Positions 19,447 to 27,890 of a DNA stretch of 64,000 nt are shown here, in pieces. Source of the DNA: a virus; the IMG/VR virus record IMGVR_UViG_3300019850_000189, positions 64,001 through 128,000 of that record; one strand, given 5' to 3'. The position numbers and the translations under genes are program-made. The notes under the pieces are model-generated. The model ran no database searches. It was given only the letters and a program-made list of their open reading frames with translations, and was not told the origin of the DNA. Position 1 is the first letter of the stretch; each line of letters opens with the position of its first letter.

Positions 19447-19623
19447 ATGAATCTTCAAGAAGCGAAAGCACTCGTCGGAAAAACAGTTGAATTTTCCGGG
19501 GCTTTCAGACACATTTACAAGGCCAAAATATTTAAAGTGCGAGAGTTTAGTGACATTATCGTCGCCGAACTGGATGATGGATCGACCGTAATTAATATAG
19601 AATTATTAAGACTGTTAGATTAA
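19447..19623 (+). CDS. hypothetical protein
   Basis: MNLQEAKALVGKTVEF..., likely true start downstream of the structured RNA. Confidence 0.5.
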   Translation: MNLQEAKALVGKTVEFSGAFRHIYKAKIFKVREFSDIIVAELDDGSTVINIELLRLLD

Positions 19624-19627
19624 TAGT

Positions 19628-19699
19628 GCCCCTCAAGCATACTCGGTGATGTGCCGGTTTTGTACGCCGGAGAAGGGAGTTCGATTCTCCCGGGGGGCT
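19628..19699 (+). tRNA. tRNA-Thr(TGT)
   Basis: CCGGT TT TGT AC GCCGG. Confidence 0.9.
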
Positions 19700-19718
19700 G
19701 ATTGAATATTGATTTCAT

Positions 19719-19791
19719 GCCCTCGTAGCTTAATAGGTAAAGCAATTTCTCGGTAAGGAAGAGAGTCCGGATTCAATTTCCGGCGAGGGCT
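19719..19791 (+). tRNA. tRNA-Thr(GGT)
   Basis: GCCCTCG/CGAGGGC; loop TC GGT AA. Confidence 0.8.
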
Positions 19792-19813
19792 CACAGATGT
19801 CTATACATATTAC

Positions 19814-19885
19814 GCCCACATAGCTTTAATGGAAAGCGGGAATTTCGTAAGTTCCAAGTTGCCGGTTCAAATCCGACTGTGGGCT
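19814..19885 (+). tRNA. tRNA-Thr(CGT)
   Basis: GGAAT TT CGT AA GTTCC. Confidence 0.9.
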
Positions 19886-19932
19886 TAATTTTATGCCCAT
19901 AGCATATATAACAAATAAAGGGAGGTGCAAAA

Positions 19933-20109
19933 ATGAGCGATATTAATGTTGAAAAGGAAGACAACATACGTAAGCTTACAGAGCTTAGGTCAACCTTACA
20001 AGTGCTAGGATCAGTTAACCCTAACACGGATGAGGAAGTATGTAAAAGATTGTCAGCTATTAAAAGAAGTATACTTGACAAGATTGATAAACTTGTTGAA
20101 GAGATATAA
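19933..20109 (+). CDS. small hypothetical protein (58 aa, not in ORF track)
   Basis: GGAGGT RBS then MSDINVEKEDNIRKL...LVEEI*. Confidence 0.6.
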   Translation: MSDINVEKEDNIRKLTELRSTLQVLGSVNPNTDEEVCKRLSAIKRSILDKIDKLVEEI

Positions 20110-20114
20110 AAGTC

Positions 20115-20143
20115 TTTACAAATTGGCAATTATGTGTTATACT
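20115..20143 (+). promoter_or_regulatory. sigma70-type promoter
   Basis: TTTACA-17-TATACT. Confidence 0.7.
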
Positions 20144-20155
20144 AAAGAAGTGAAT

Positions 20156-20593
20156 ATGAAAGAATACCATAGATATCATCATTTAGAACTAGCATTAGAA
20201 AGATTTGACATATCAAAAAAAATAATAAAAAAAAGCTTTACAAAAGAACAATTCTATTGTATAATTATAAATATGAAGGAAAAAGGCAAAATGGAAGCAA
20301 TAGATGACTTTTTGTGGTTCTCTGAACTGCAACTAAGTACGGGCATTTGCTTGGTTTTACAAAGTGACCGAAACCTGCCATCCGAGGGCTATACTATCCC
20401 CAAGCGAATATCGGATGAAAAAACCCGGTTACCAGTGAGCTTTCGCCTCCTTCATCGACTTGAGGCTGATGACCGAAGTACATTTCCCCAATTGAATGAA
20501 AATGCCAATGGTATTTCATCTCAATTCGCTTTAAAGGGATTAGTGGAAAACCCGGTTGATCTTGTAGGCTCAGTCTCATTCAGTCGCAATTAA
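20156..20593 (+). CDS. hypothetical protein
   Basis: Likely start at ATG 20156 directly downstream of the promoter. Confidence 0.45.
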   Translation: MKEYHRYHHLELALERFDISKKIIKKSFTKEQFYCIIINMKEKGKMEAIDDFLWFSELQLSTGICLVLQSDRNLPSEGYTIPKRISDEKTRLPVSFRLLHRLEADDRSTFPQLNENANGISSQFALKGLVENPVDLVGSVSFSRN

Positions 20594-20644
20594 GGTGACA
20601 ATTTGCCACTTTAAAATAAAATATTTCCTTGACAGGGGGATCTC

Positions 20645-21106
20645 GTGAAAAAGATCACATTATTTCTAGTAGCATTGTTGTTTATTTTGGCAGTTGGAGT
20701 TGTGGCATTTGCAGACATGAAGCCTGCTGACATCGTTGGTAATTGGCTGATTATGCAGGAGTCAAGTGCGGATCAGGATGGCCTTACGCTCTACGAGAAA
20801 GGCTCTGATAGTTATGTCATCTTTAAGTTCAAAGATGATATAATTTGTGCTCCTGCTTTCAATAAAAATGGTGTCAATCATGTTGCCACTTATGATTCTG
20901 GTGAGTATGTAACTGTTAGTAAAGTTAGCATATTTACTGATTCATATGGTAAAAAATGGTATCACTTCTATGACAATTGGTATAACATAGATGTTATGTT
21001 AAAGTTTCATAACAAAGATATCGTTTATGGTTATGCGATCAATGATGACTGGACATTGAAAATAGTGCTCAAGAGATCAGGCACATTCGACTTGAAAAGT
21101 GAATAA
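20645..21106 (+). CDS. exported hypothetical protein
   Basis: Signal peptide MKKITLFLVALLFILAVGVVAFA. Confidence 0.7.
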   Translation: MKKITLFLVALLFILAVGVVAFADMKPADIVGNWLIMQESSADQDGLTLYEKGSDSYVIFKFKDDIICAPAFNKNGVNHVATYDSGEYVTVSKVSIFTDSYGKKWYHFYDNWYNIDVMLKFHNKDIVYGYAINDDWTLKIVLKRSGTFDLKSE

Positions 21107-21125
21107 TTAAAATAGCAATGAGTTG

Positions 21126-21155
21126 AAAGCCTCGGATATTCGAGGCTTTTTTTTT
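21126..21155 (+). terminator. intrinsic terminator
   Basis: AAAGCCTCG-loop-CGAGGCTTT + T run. Confidence 0.8.
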
Positions 21156-21184
21156 GCCAAAATAATTATGTTATGGAGGATAAA

Positions 21185-21431
21185 ATGCAATTAAAGAAAT
21201 ATGAGCGTCAGACAAGATCTTGGTGAAGAAAGTTTTGATGGCAAGACTGGGAAATATTTATTTGACTTTGTCTATGAATATACTAGATAATGTAAAGATA
21301 ATCCTGTTATGGGACTATACGAACAATCTAGAAATACAAAGCAGTATAAACTATTGATTGATGCTGGTTTTAAGGAAGTTACGCCAGTAGTTACTCGTAA
21401 GCGTGGTTCTTTTACTGGGGGAGCTAAATAA
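21185..21431 (+). pseudogene. disrupted small gene
   Basis: GGAGG RBS + ATG; one frameshift after MQLKKY and one internal TAA give a continuous protein ...KVFDGKTGKYLFDFVYEYTR*CKDNPVMGLYEQ...GGAK*. Confidence 0.45.
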
Positions 21432-21692
21432 AATTTTTCTGGATGCATATATACAGGTATGTTATGAGTGAGTGAGTGTGGTTAATGTATTTGGGAAAAT
21501 ATATTTGATTAGCAAAAATAAACTTTCTTGGAATTATTGCCAAGATAATTTCACCAAAATAAAGAGTGAGAAATTATTATGAATAGATTATCTTCAAAGC
21601 CGCAACAGTTTAGTATTAATTGGTCACATTCCGCGATAGCCGGAGTACATCCAATTATGCGATTGTAAGGACGAATTACTCTTTTTCTCGGT

Positions 21693-21722
21693 AAGCCTTC
21701 CTTACATGGAAGGCTTTTTTTT
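21693..21722 (+). terminator. intrinsic terminator
   Basis: AAGCCTTCC-loop-GGAAGGCTT + T run. Confidence 0.75.
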
Positions 21723-21729
21723 GACTATA

Positions 21730-21802
21730 GCAGCCATAGTGTTTAATGGTAGCACACGATCCTTCCAAGTTCGATGTGGGGGTTCAAATCCCCCTGGCTG
21801 CT
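21730..21802 (+). tRNA. tRNA-Gly(TCC)
   Basis: CGATC CT TCC AA GTTCG. Confidence 0.9.
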
Positions 21803-21807
21803 CATGA

Positions 21808-21882
21808 GCGTCCGTAGCTCTAATTGCGCAGAGTGCCGATCTCCAAAATCGGATGTTGCAGGTTCGAATCCTGCCGGACGTG
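21808..21882 (+). tRNA. tRNA-Trp(CCA)
   Basis: CCGAT CT CCA AA ATCGG. Confidence 0.9.
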
Positions 21883-21885
21883 ATA

Positions 21886-21959
21886 CGGGAAGTGGGCTAA
21901 AGGTGAGCCGCCTGGTCAGGGGCAGGACATCCAAGTGGATTCGATTTCCACCTTCCCGA
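21886..21959 (+). tRNA. atypical tRNA-Pro (AGG or GGG; 4-bp stem, 8-nt anticodon loop)
   Basis: CGGGAAG/CTTCCCG-A Pro-type acceptor; anticodon arm CCTG GTCAGGGG CAGG is one nucleotide short of canonical. Confidence 0.6.
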
Positions 21960-21990
21960 ATGATTTATGAAAATTGCAATAAAGGTACTT

Positions 21991-22076
21991 ATGCCGGTGG
22001 CAGTTTTTGTTGCCAAGAATACGCAGAGCGGCAGTCCCAAAACTGTTGGTTGCAGGTTCGAATCCTGCCGGCCGTG
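21991..22076 (+). pseudogene. degenerate tRNA-Trp-like copy
   Basis: 3' end TTGCAGGTTCGAATCCTGCCGGCCGTGATA differs by one base from the Trp tRNA 3' end; 6-nt loop CCCAAA; disrupted D-arm. Confidence 0.6.
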
Positions 22077-22248
22077 ATACATAGATAGCATTACGAGACA
22101 AGATTAAAAAATATAGTAGAAAGGCAGGAATTATTATACGAAAAGGTGTCCGATATGTGGCAAAGAAATCCACAACAAATATAGAACATTTTGTTCTAAT
22201 AGTTGTTCATCCAAAGCAAAGTGGCGAGATGCTCAATACAGAAGCAAG

Positions 22249-23088
22249 ATGCTTAGTGCTCTCTCAAAGCAATCTGTAAGAGTACAGAAAACATGTCCTT
22301 TATGTGGCTCTGTCTTTTATGTTGAACGCAAAGTGCTTAATGGTATGCCACATCAAAAATCTAAAGAACGTAAGTTTTGTTCTATAAAATGTGCTCGTGC
22401 TTATTCTACAATCGGCGATCGTGGAAAACACAAGATAGCGGCTTGTATTGTTTGTGGTAAGCCTATAATTGTAGGTAAAAGAACGGACGTTTCTAGGGTT
22501 AAGTGCGATAATTGTAAGTCAACACGAACGCACAACAAAAAGTCTTATACCTGTAAAGTTTGCGGTAAAAGCATAGGCAAGACAAAAACCGGACTTTGCG
22601 CGTCTTGTCTGCATAAATCTAAAGAATATAAAAAAAAGTTGTCGGATTCACAAAAACGTCTCGTTAAAAACGGCACTCATATCGGGTGGCAAGTAAGATC
22701 AAAGCTTAGCTATCCAGAAAGGTTTTTTATCAATGTATTGAAAATAAATAGCTTGAACGAACAGTTTATAGTCAATCATCCGGTCAAAAAAAACTCTTTA
22801 GGAGTGCAGAGCTCAAGTTGTTATTTTTTGGATTTCTTTTTTCCTGATAAGATGATTGATTTAGAAATTGACGGTAAACAGCACAAATACAAGGACAGAA
22901 AGCAAAGCGATAAAGTGAGAGATAATCTATTACGTAAATCCGGCTACAATGTTTTTAGAATTGAATGGAAATCTATTAATAATGATACCGGCAAACAGTA
23001 TATTCGAGAAAGAATTTCTGAATTTTTGAAATTCTTTCATTCGACTGGGAGTAGCGCAGTTAGGAGCGCGCAGCGCCTGGGACGCTGA
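22249..23088 (+). CDS. free-standing endonuclease (Zn-ribbon repeats + DUF559/Vsr-like domain)
   Basis: Multiple CxxC pairs; YFLDFFFPDKMIDLEIDGKQH...DKVRDNLLRKSGYNVFRIEW. Confidence 0.8.
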   Translation: MLSALSKQSVRVQKTCPLCGSVFYVERKVLNGMPHQKSKERKFCSIKCARAYSTIGDRGKHKIAACIVCGKPIIVGKRTDVSRVKCDNCKSTRTHNKKSYTCKVCGKSIGKTKTGLCASCLHKSKEYKKKLSDSQKRLVKNGTHIGWQVRSKLSYPERFFINVLKINSLNEQFIVNHPVKKNSLGVQSSSCYFLDFFFPDKMIDLEIDGKQHKYKDRKQSDKVRDNLLRKSGYNVFRIEWKSINNDTGKQYIRERISEFLKFFHSTGSSAVRSAQRLGR

Positions 23089-23117
23089 GGTCGTGGGGGC
23101 AGAGCCCACCTCCCAGA
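23045..23117 (+). tRNA. tRNA-Pro(TGG)
   Basis: CTGGGAG/CTCCCAG; CAGCG CC TGG GA CGCTG; atypical T-loop GGCAGAG. Confidence 0.8.
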
Positions 23118-23231
23118 CATTCGATCTTTGACATAGAAAAGACTTAAAATATTTGATCCTGGAAGCATATATAATAATAGTATCACATAAGTTCTTTGAG
23201 ATTATTATTAACGTGGCTTGACACGGATAGC

Positions 23232-24038
23232 ATGTCGCAAGGCATGTAAAGGCGGCTTGGCAACCGCCACCGATCGCAAGATCGGCCAATTCAAACAAGC
23301 TGACATCCCTATGGCTTCGCATGCCTGCGGAGCTTGCACCGACATTGGACGAAGACAGCATAGACTGAGGGTAACACTGTAAGCTTATGTTTCTCGTGGA
23401 AAGGATTATTCGTAACCATAACCAATTAGATGTTAGGATGAACAGTAGTTATATTGTCTGAGCTTTTGCCAGCAAGGGCTTTATAGCAGTTTGATAGGTT
23501 GGTGGACATCCAGTACACCGGTCTTGAAAGACGGTTTAGTATCCGGCAGGAGAAAGACAGACAGCGTCCGGCATTTTGTAGGTCAAAAGCCTATGAAACT
23601 GGTGGATCAGCGCGTTGTCGCTATGGGGAGACCCATTTTTCAATGATAGCTCAAAGGTAGAGCACATGTCTTAGAAACACATTATGCTGTTGGTTCAACT
23701 CCAACTCATTGGCTTTATCCGCAAAGACTGGTCCGGTATTGAGTGAAAGCAGCTTAATTCCATGCCCTTCGGGAACATGGACTTTCCGAGGCTCGCAAGG
23801 CTAAAGAAAGTTAGTTGTAAGAAGCACGGCGAGGTTAGCGCCTCCTTATAGCTCGCAAGGCTGACGGTATTCTGAGAACTGAGTAGCTCAATGCGTCACT
23901 GGAAATGCCGCCAGTATAAAAAGGCAGTTGTGTTGATTTACCGTTCCTGGAACGGTGGATAAGTTCTTAAGGCCCGGTTAGCGGCCGAGCTGTACGAGGG
24001 CAAAAGGATTGACATATAGAGTTGTAGTCTCAGGCTTT
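23232..24038 (+). ncRNA. GOLLD-like large structured RNA (~800 nt; ends approximate)
   Basis: Region with no plausible + strand ORF, dense in GCAA/GAAA/TTCG-capped hairpins, inside a tRNA cluster; segments GCAGGAGAAAGACAGACAGCG, TGAAACTGGTGGA and 3' TTGTAGTCTCAGGCTTTA resemble GOLLD as recalled. Confidence 0.7.
23640..23713 (+). tRNA. tRNA-like module embedded in the GOLLD-like RNA (loop CT TAG AA, weak anticodon stem)
   Basis: TCAATGA/TCATTGG acceptor, GCTC/GAGC D-stem, GTTGG TTCAACT CCAAC T-arm; only 3 bp in the anticodon stem. Confidence 0.6.
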
Positions 24039-24302
24039 ATAAATTTTTTGGATAATTCAATGCTTACAAAAGGTTTAAAGAAAGATGATTTTTTTGAACT
24101 TGCTAAAGTCTATGAAATAAGCTGGACAAAATATCAATTTGTTGAAGAACTTACCAAATTATGCCAGATTTGATGGCATCCTGCATACAAGCAATTTTAA
24201 GTATTTACTTTGATGGCAATATGGTTATATTAAATGACATGATCACAAAGAGCTATGTTAAACTAGCAAATAAAACTGCTCAGGTCAAATATGGACTTAT
24301 AA

Positions 24303-24377
24303 GGGGCTGTAGCTCAATTTTGGGAGAGCGTCTGACCTGCAATCAGAAGGTAAGGGGTCCGAATCCCCTCAGCTCCA
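24303..24377 (+). tRNA. tRNA-Ala(TGC)
   Basis: GGGGCTG/CAGCTCC with G3-U70; TCTGA CC TGC AA TCAGA. Confidence 0.9.
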
Positions 24378-24385
24378 CAAATGAC

Positions 24386-24414
24386 TTTACAAAATTGTTG
24401 TTATGTGTTATAAT
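24386..24414 (+). promoter_or_regulatory. sigma70-type promoter
   Basis: TTTACA-17-TATAAT. Confidence 0.75.
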
Positions 24415-24436
24415 ATGTGTACTCAAGGAGAACATC

Positions 24437-24661
24437 ATGGCCCAAAAACTGAAATGGTTTCATTATATCGTTGATGGCATGGATGCCAGAAAGGCGGTCA
24501 TGATTAAAAAAGCTTTGCTTGGCGCCGTTCCTCAGATTATAAATGTGTATGTTAGTTTACGCGAATCAAAAGTTTCAGTGTATTCCATTAAACCATTTGA
24601 GAAGCAGGTTAAAATGGCAGCAGAAGTGGCGAATGCCAGCTTTAGAACAAAACTCAAATGA
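24437..24661 (+). CDS. small ferredoxin-like/HMA-like fold protein
   Basis: AAGGAG RBS; HYIVDGMDARKAVMIKKALLGAVPQIINVYVSL resembles HMA topology without the CxxC. Confidence 0.55.
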   Translation: MAQKLKWFHYIVDGMDARKAVMIKKALLGAVPQIINVYVSLRESKVSVYSIKPFEKQVKMAAEVANASFRTKLK

Positions 24662-24662
24662 A

Positions 24663-24735
24663 TGGCCCGTAGTTCAACAGGAAGAGCGCCAGACTTTGAA
24701 TCTGGAGGCTAGTGGTCCAAATCCACTCGGGCCAG
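24663..24735 (+). tRNA. tRNA-Gln(TTG)
   Basis: TGGCCCG/CGGGCCA; CCAGA CT TTG AA TCTGG. Confidence 0.9.
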
Positions 24736-24740
24736 AACAT

Positions 24741-24812
24741 GGTGGTATTGGTGTAGAGGTCGCACGCAGGTCTGTGGAACCTGAGGGCTCGGCTCAATTC
24801 CGGGATACCACC
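24741..24812 (+). tRNA. tRNA-His(GTG)
   Basis: G-1:C73; CAGGT CT GTG GA ACCTG. Confidence 0.85.
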
Positions 24813-24973
24813 CACTTATTATACTAAAGGAAAATATAATGAACCAAAAAAATCTGCGCTGAGTGTCGGATTATTTGAGGGCAAAGGAACAATTACAAAA
24901 CGAACTAGTAGAAATAATTAGGGGTGCACCCAACGGTTGTAGGGGAAATCAAATTTGGAGAGGAGATAATTAG

Positions 24974-25183
24974 ATGAAAAAATATAGAGTTGTGGAATAT
25001 GAGTATTGTAAACATAAAATCTTTGAAGTGCAGAAGAAATCTATGTTTGGATTTTGGTATAATCCAGACAATGTAGATGGGAATCTTACTAGATATTATG
25101 ATACAATTGAAGAAGCAAAAGAAATTATAAGAAGAAAAATAGCACTAACAACTAAAAGAGTAGTATATGAATCTCCACTTTGA
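24974..25183 (+). CDS. hypothetical phage protein
   Basis: MKKYRVVEY...FEVQKKSMFGFW. Confidence 0.6.
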   Translation: MKKYRVVEYEYCKHKIFEVQKKSMFGFWYNPDNVDGNLTRYYDTIEEAKEIIRRKIALTTKRVVYESPL

Positions 25184-25227
25184 GGCATAAATAGATAGAA
25201 ACAGAACAAGTTATTTTGGAGATAGCA

Positions 25228-25389
25228 ATGACATTAAGAGAACAGTTTGAAAAAGAGTATCATAAACAACCAGTAGAACCTTATCCAGAAAGTGAAGATT
25301 CAGAGCAATGGTTAAAGATTGTTGCATGGGAAGAAAAATATTTAACATGGCTTAAAAATAAACTTCTTCAAAGTATAGATTGGAAATAA
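25228..25389 (+). CDS. small hypothetical protein (53 aa)
   Basis: GGAGA RBS; MTLREQFEKEY...IDWK*. Confidence 0.5.
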   Translation: MTLREQFEKEYHKQPVEPYPESEDSEQWLKIVAWEEKYLTWLKNKLLQSIDWK

Positions 25390-25463
25390 AGATGAGTTAG
25401 GGAATGGGAATATGAATAATGTAGATTGTTATTTTGATAAAAATGGTAGAGAGGTAATGAAAA

Positions 25464-25658
25464 ATGGAAGGTAGACATAAAGGGAGTGACAATTCTCATA
25501 GTATAGGGCATAATACTGATACAGAGGAAATAGATAAAATTATAGAAGAAGGTAAATTTGAGGAGACATTAAAAGAAATTATCGTTAAAATGGCAAGTAT
25601 AGATTTTAAGGAAGAGCTAAATAAAATAAAGGGGCCCAATAAAAAATGGCAGATTTAA
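25464..25658 (+). CDS. hypothetical protein
   Basis: 64 aa ORF. Confidence 0.4.
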   Translation: MEGRHKGSDNSHSIGHNTDTEEIDKIIEEGKFEETLKEIIVKMASIDFKEELNKIKGPNKKWQI

Positions 25659-25864
25659 TAAAGATTAAAAACAGGTTTTTAAACCTTGATAAAGTGAGAG
25701 AGATTCATTTTTTAGATAAAAGAATAATTTTGAGTTATGATAATATTGATCGGGAATGGGTTGTAGTTCCTGATAATGAAATTGGAGGTTATCACAAAAT
25801 CACTAAACAGGATTATAAGATGATATCGCAGGAATTACAAAAAATCTCTCACGTAATTATTTAG
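25646..25864 (+). CDS. hypothetical protein
   Basis: MADLIKIKNRFLNLDKVREI. Confidence 0.55.
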   Translation: MADLIKIKNRFLNLDKVREIHFLDKRIILSYDNIDREWVVVPDNEIGGYHKITKQDYKMISQELQKISHVII

Positions 25865-25879
25865 TAGAAGAAGAATGTT

Positions 25880-26077
25880 ATGACAGATGAGGAAATAAAA
25901 ACAATTAAGACAATTAATCAAATGACTCAGAGGGAAATGGCCTCCTTATGGAGATTTGCACCATCAGGACATCCATATTTTGACAAAACTAAGCCATATT
26001 GGAAGGTATTCAAAAATAGGTTTTTTGATGAACTTGGAGGTTTTACTCCTGAAATATCAAAATCTATTGGGTGGTAA
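25880..26077 (+). CDS. hypothetical phage protein
   Basis: MASLWRFAPSGHPYF...GGFTPEISKSIGW. Confidence 0.65.
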   Translation: MTDEEIKTIKTINQMTQREMASLWRFAPSGHPYFDKTKPYWKVFKNRFFDELGGFTPEISKSIGW

Positions 26078-26144
26078 AATATTAACATAAATTATATCCG
26101 TTGAGGAAGAGAGAACAAGAACGAAAATATATTTTAATAGTTAT

Positions 26145-26219
26145 TGGCCTGTGGTGCAAATTGGTAGCACGACTGACTCTGGATCAGTAGATTTGAGGGT
26201 TCGAATCCTTCCAGGCCAG
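26145..26219 (+). tRNA. tRNA-Gln(CTG)
   Basis: ACTGA CT CTG GA TCAGT. Confidence 0.9.
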
Positions 26220-26292
26220 AATGAGCTTTAATTGTAAATATTGGTGGAAAATTAAAATACCCAGTAATTTTTAGAATAACAGGGAGATTTTA

Positions 26293-26526
26293 ATGCAAAA
26301 AAATAAAGAGGCAAAAAGCTTGAATAATATTAGTTGCCGTTATTTTGATAAAAATGGTAGAGAGGTTAAAGAAGGTGATACAATCCAGTTTACTCTATAT
26401 GAGGGAATACCTAACAAGAAGGAAGTGGTAAGGAAAGATAAAAAAATGAAAAAGTTTGGAATCGTGGGATTGTATCCGCCAATGATGAAATATTTGGAGT
26501 TTGTCATTGTTGATAATGGTAAGTAA
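26293..26526 (+). CDS. YopX-like small protein
   Basis: YFDKNGREVKEGDTI resembles the YopX DKNGKEIYEGDI motif. Confidence 0.5.
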   Translation: MQKNKEAKSLNNISCRYFDKNGREVKEGDTIQFTLYEGIPNKKEVVRKDKKMKKFGIVGLYPPMMKYLEFVIVDNGK

Positions 26527-26770
26527 CGAACGAGTATGAGGAGATTTTATATAATGTATGTATTCGGATTATTTGAGGCGTTTTTTGTAGGGATGGCAAT
26601 AGGAATGATAATTGATTATGTGAGTAGAGAAAGAAAAGTAGAATAAATTATTTCATTAAAATATAAAATAAAGGTGGGTTAAAAAAGCTCGAAGAGGAGG
26701 AAACTAAAATGAATCAAAAACAACTGTAACAGAAATGATGACAGGAAAATGACAGTGAGCCGTAATATAT

Positions 26771-26858
26771 GGAGGCGTGTGATAATGGTAGTCGGGCCGC
26801 CTTGAAAGCGGTTGATCGGTGCTGAGCCGGTTTGGGGGTTCAAGTCCCTCCGCCTCCG
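26771..26858 (+). tRNA. tRNA-Ser(TGA)
   Basis: GCCGC CT TGA AA GCGGT; long variable arm. Confidence 0.9.
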
Positions 26859-26915
26859 AAAAAAATTATTAATAAAAATCATCCATATTTAGTGGAAACA
26901 TTTTAGAGAGTTTAC

Positions 26916-27006
26916 GGAGGCGTACTCAAGTTGGTGAAGAGGCTGGTTTGCTAAACCAGAAGATCGGTTAATAGCCGGTGCGAGAGTTCGAGTCTCTCCG
27001 CCTCCG
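26916..27006 (+). tRNA. tRNA-Ser(GCT)
   Basis: CTGGT TT GCT AA ACCAG; long variable arm. Confidence 0.9.
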
Positions 27007-27096
27007 CATAAATATAGTTGATGATTTTTTAAAAAATCTTGGATATTATAACATAGCCGGTGTAGACGAAGTGAATTTATATTTTTGAAATTCCTT

Positions 27097-27179
27097 GGAG
27101 GCGTGTGATAATGGTATTCAGCCAGTTTCGAAAACTGGTGGCCGCTCGCGACTTGCAGGTTCGAATCCTGCCGCCTCCG
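27097..27179 (+). tRNA. tRNA-Ser(CGA)
   Basis: CCAGT TT CGA AA ACTGG. Confidence 0.9.
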
Positions 27180-27190
27180 AATATATACAT

Positions 27191-27276
27191 GGAGCTGTGT
27201 GATAATTGGTAGTCAGCTTGACTGGAATTCAAGTGCCCGCGTAAGTGGGTTGCAGGTTCGATTCCTGCCGGCTCCG
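27191..27276 (+). tRNA. tRNA-Ser(GGA)
   Basis: CTTGA CT GGA AT TCAAG. Confidence 0.9.
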
Positions 27277-27376
27277 AGCATATATACTAAGTGAAAGTCA
27301 TTGAACAAAACGCTTCATGAAGCATATTTATATTTAGATTGTATATATATAATAATAAAATACCTAGGAGAAGAAA

Positions 27377-27844
27377 ATGAAAAGAATATTTTTAATATTG
27401 CCAATTTTATTAATGATAGCAGGATTTGCATCAGCAGCAGATGTTCATAGTTATACTGCTATAAAAGTTGGCTATGGAAATGAAACTGGAGGAGCAGGAA
27501 TAGGAATAGAAAATAAATATCACTTTTTTGGTTTTACGGGTGGTATTGGTTATTTTAACGATAAAATATGTTGGAATTTTGGGTTTAAGGGTTATCTTGA
27601 TTTAGGCGAAGTAGCCACAGTATATGGTGGATTAAACTTTGGAATTTTAGGTTATGAGTGGTCTTCATTGGATAATGTATATAAGTATATTTATGGTCCA
27701 TATTTTATGATTGGGGCAGCTTTTGTTGGAAAAAATGGTTTTTATGCAGATATTGGCGGCGGCTATGGCGGATCAAAGACAGAATATTTTGGCAAACTAG
27801 AATTTCCTACAGTGCAACTTTCAGTAGGATATGCATTTAATTAA
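27377..27844 (+). CDS. small outer-membrane beta-barrel protein
   Basis: Signal peptide, alternating Gly/aromatic strands, C-terminal VQLSVGYAFN barrel signature. Confidence 0.7.
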   Translation: MKRIFLILPILLMIAGFASAADVHSYTAIKVGYGNETGGAGIGIENKYHFFGFTGGIGYFNDKICWNFGFKGYLDLGEVATVYGGLNFGILGYEWSSLDNVYKYIYGPYFMIGAAFVGKNGFYADIGGGYGGSKTEYFGKLEFPTVQLSVGYAFN

Positions 27845-27890
27845 AATATAATGGGGAGATTATAATCTCCCCTGCTCAAAAGAGTAAAAT

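Noticed and set aside
21620-21690. Hammerhead or twister ribozyme suggested by GTAAGGACGAA
   Set aside because: The CTGANGA core and twister pseudoknots could not be found
21743-23361. ORF-track ORFs 21743-21934, 21774-22088, 21897-22091, 21916-22173, 22930-23361
   Set aside because: Shadow frames over tRNA genes and the GOLLD-like RNA; no RBS or recognisable protein
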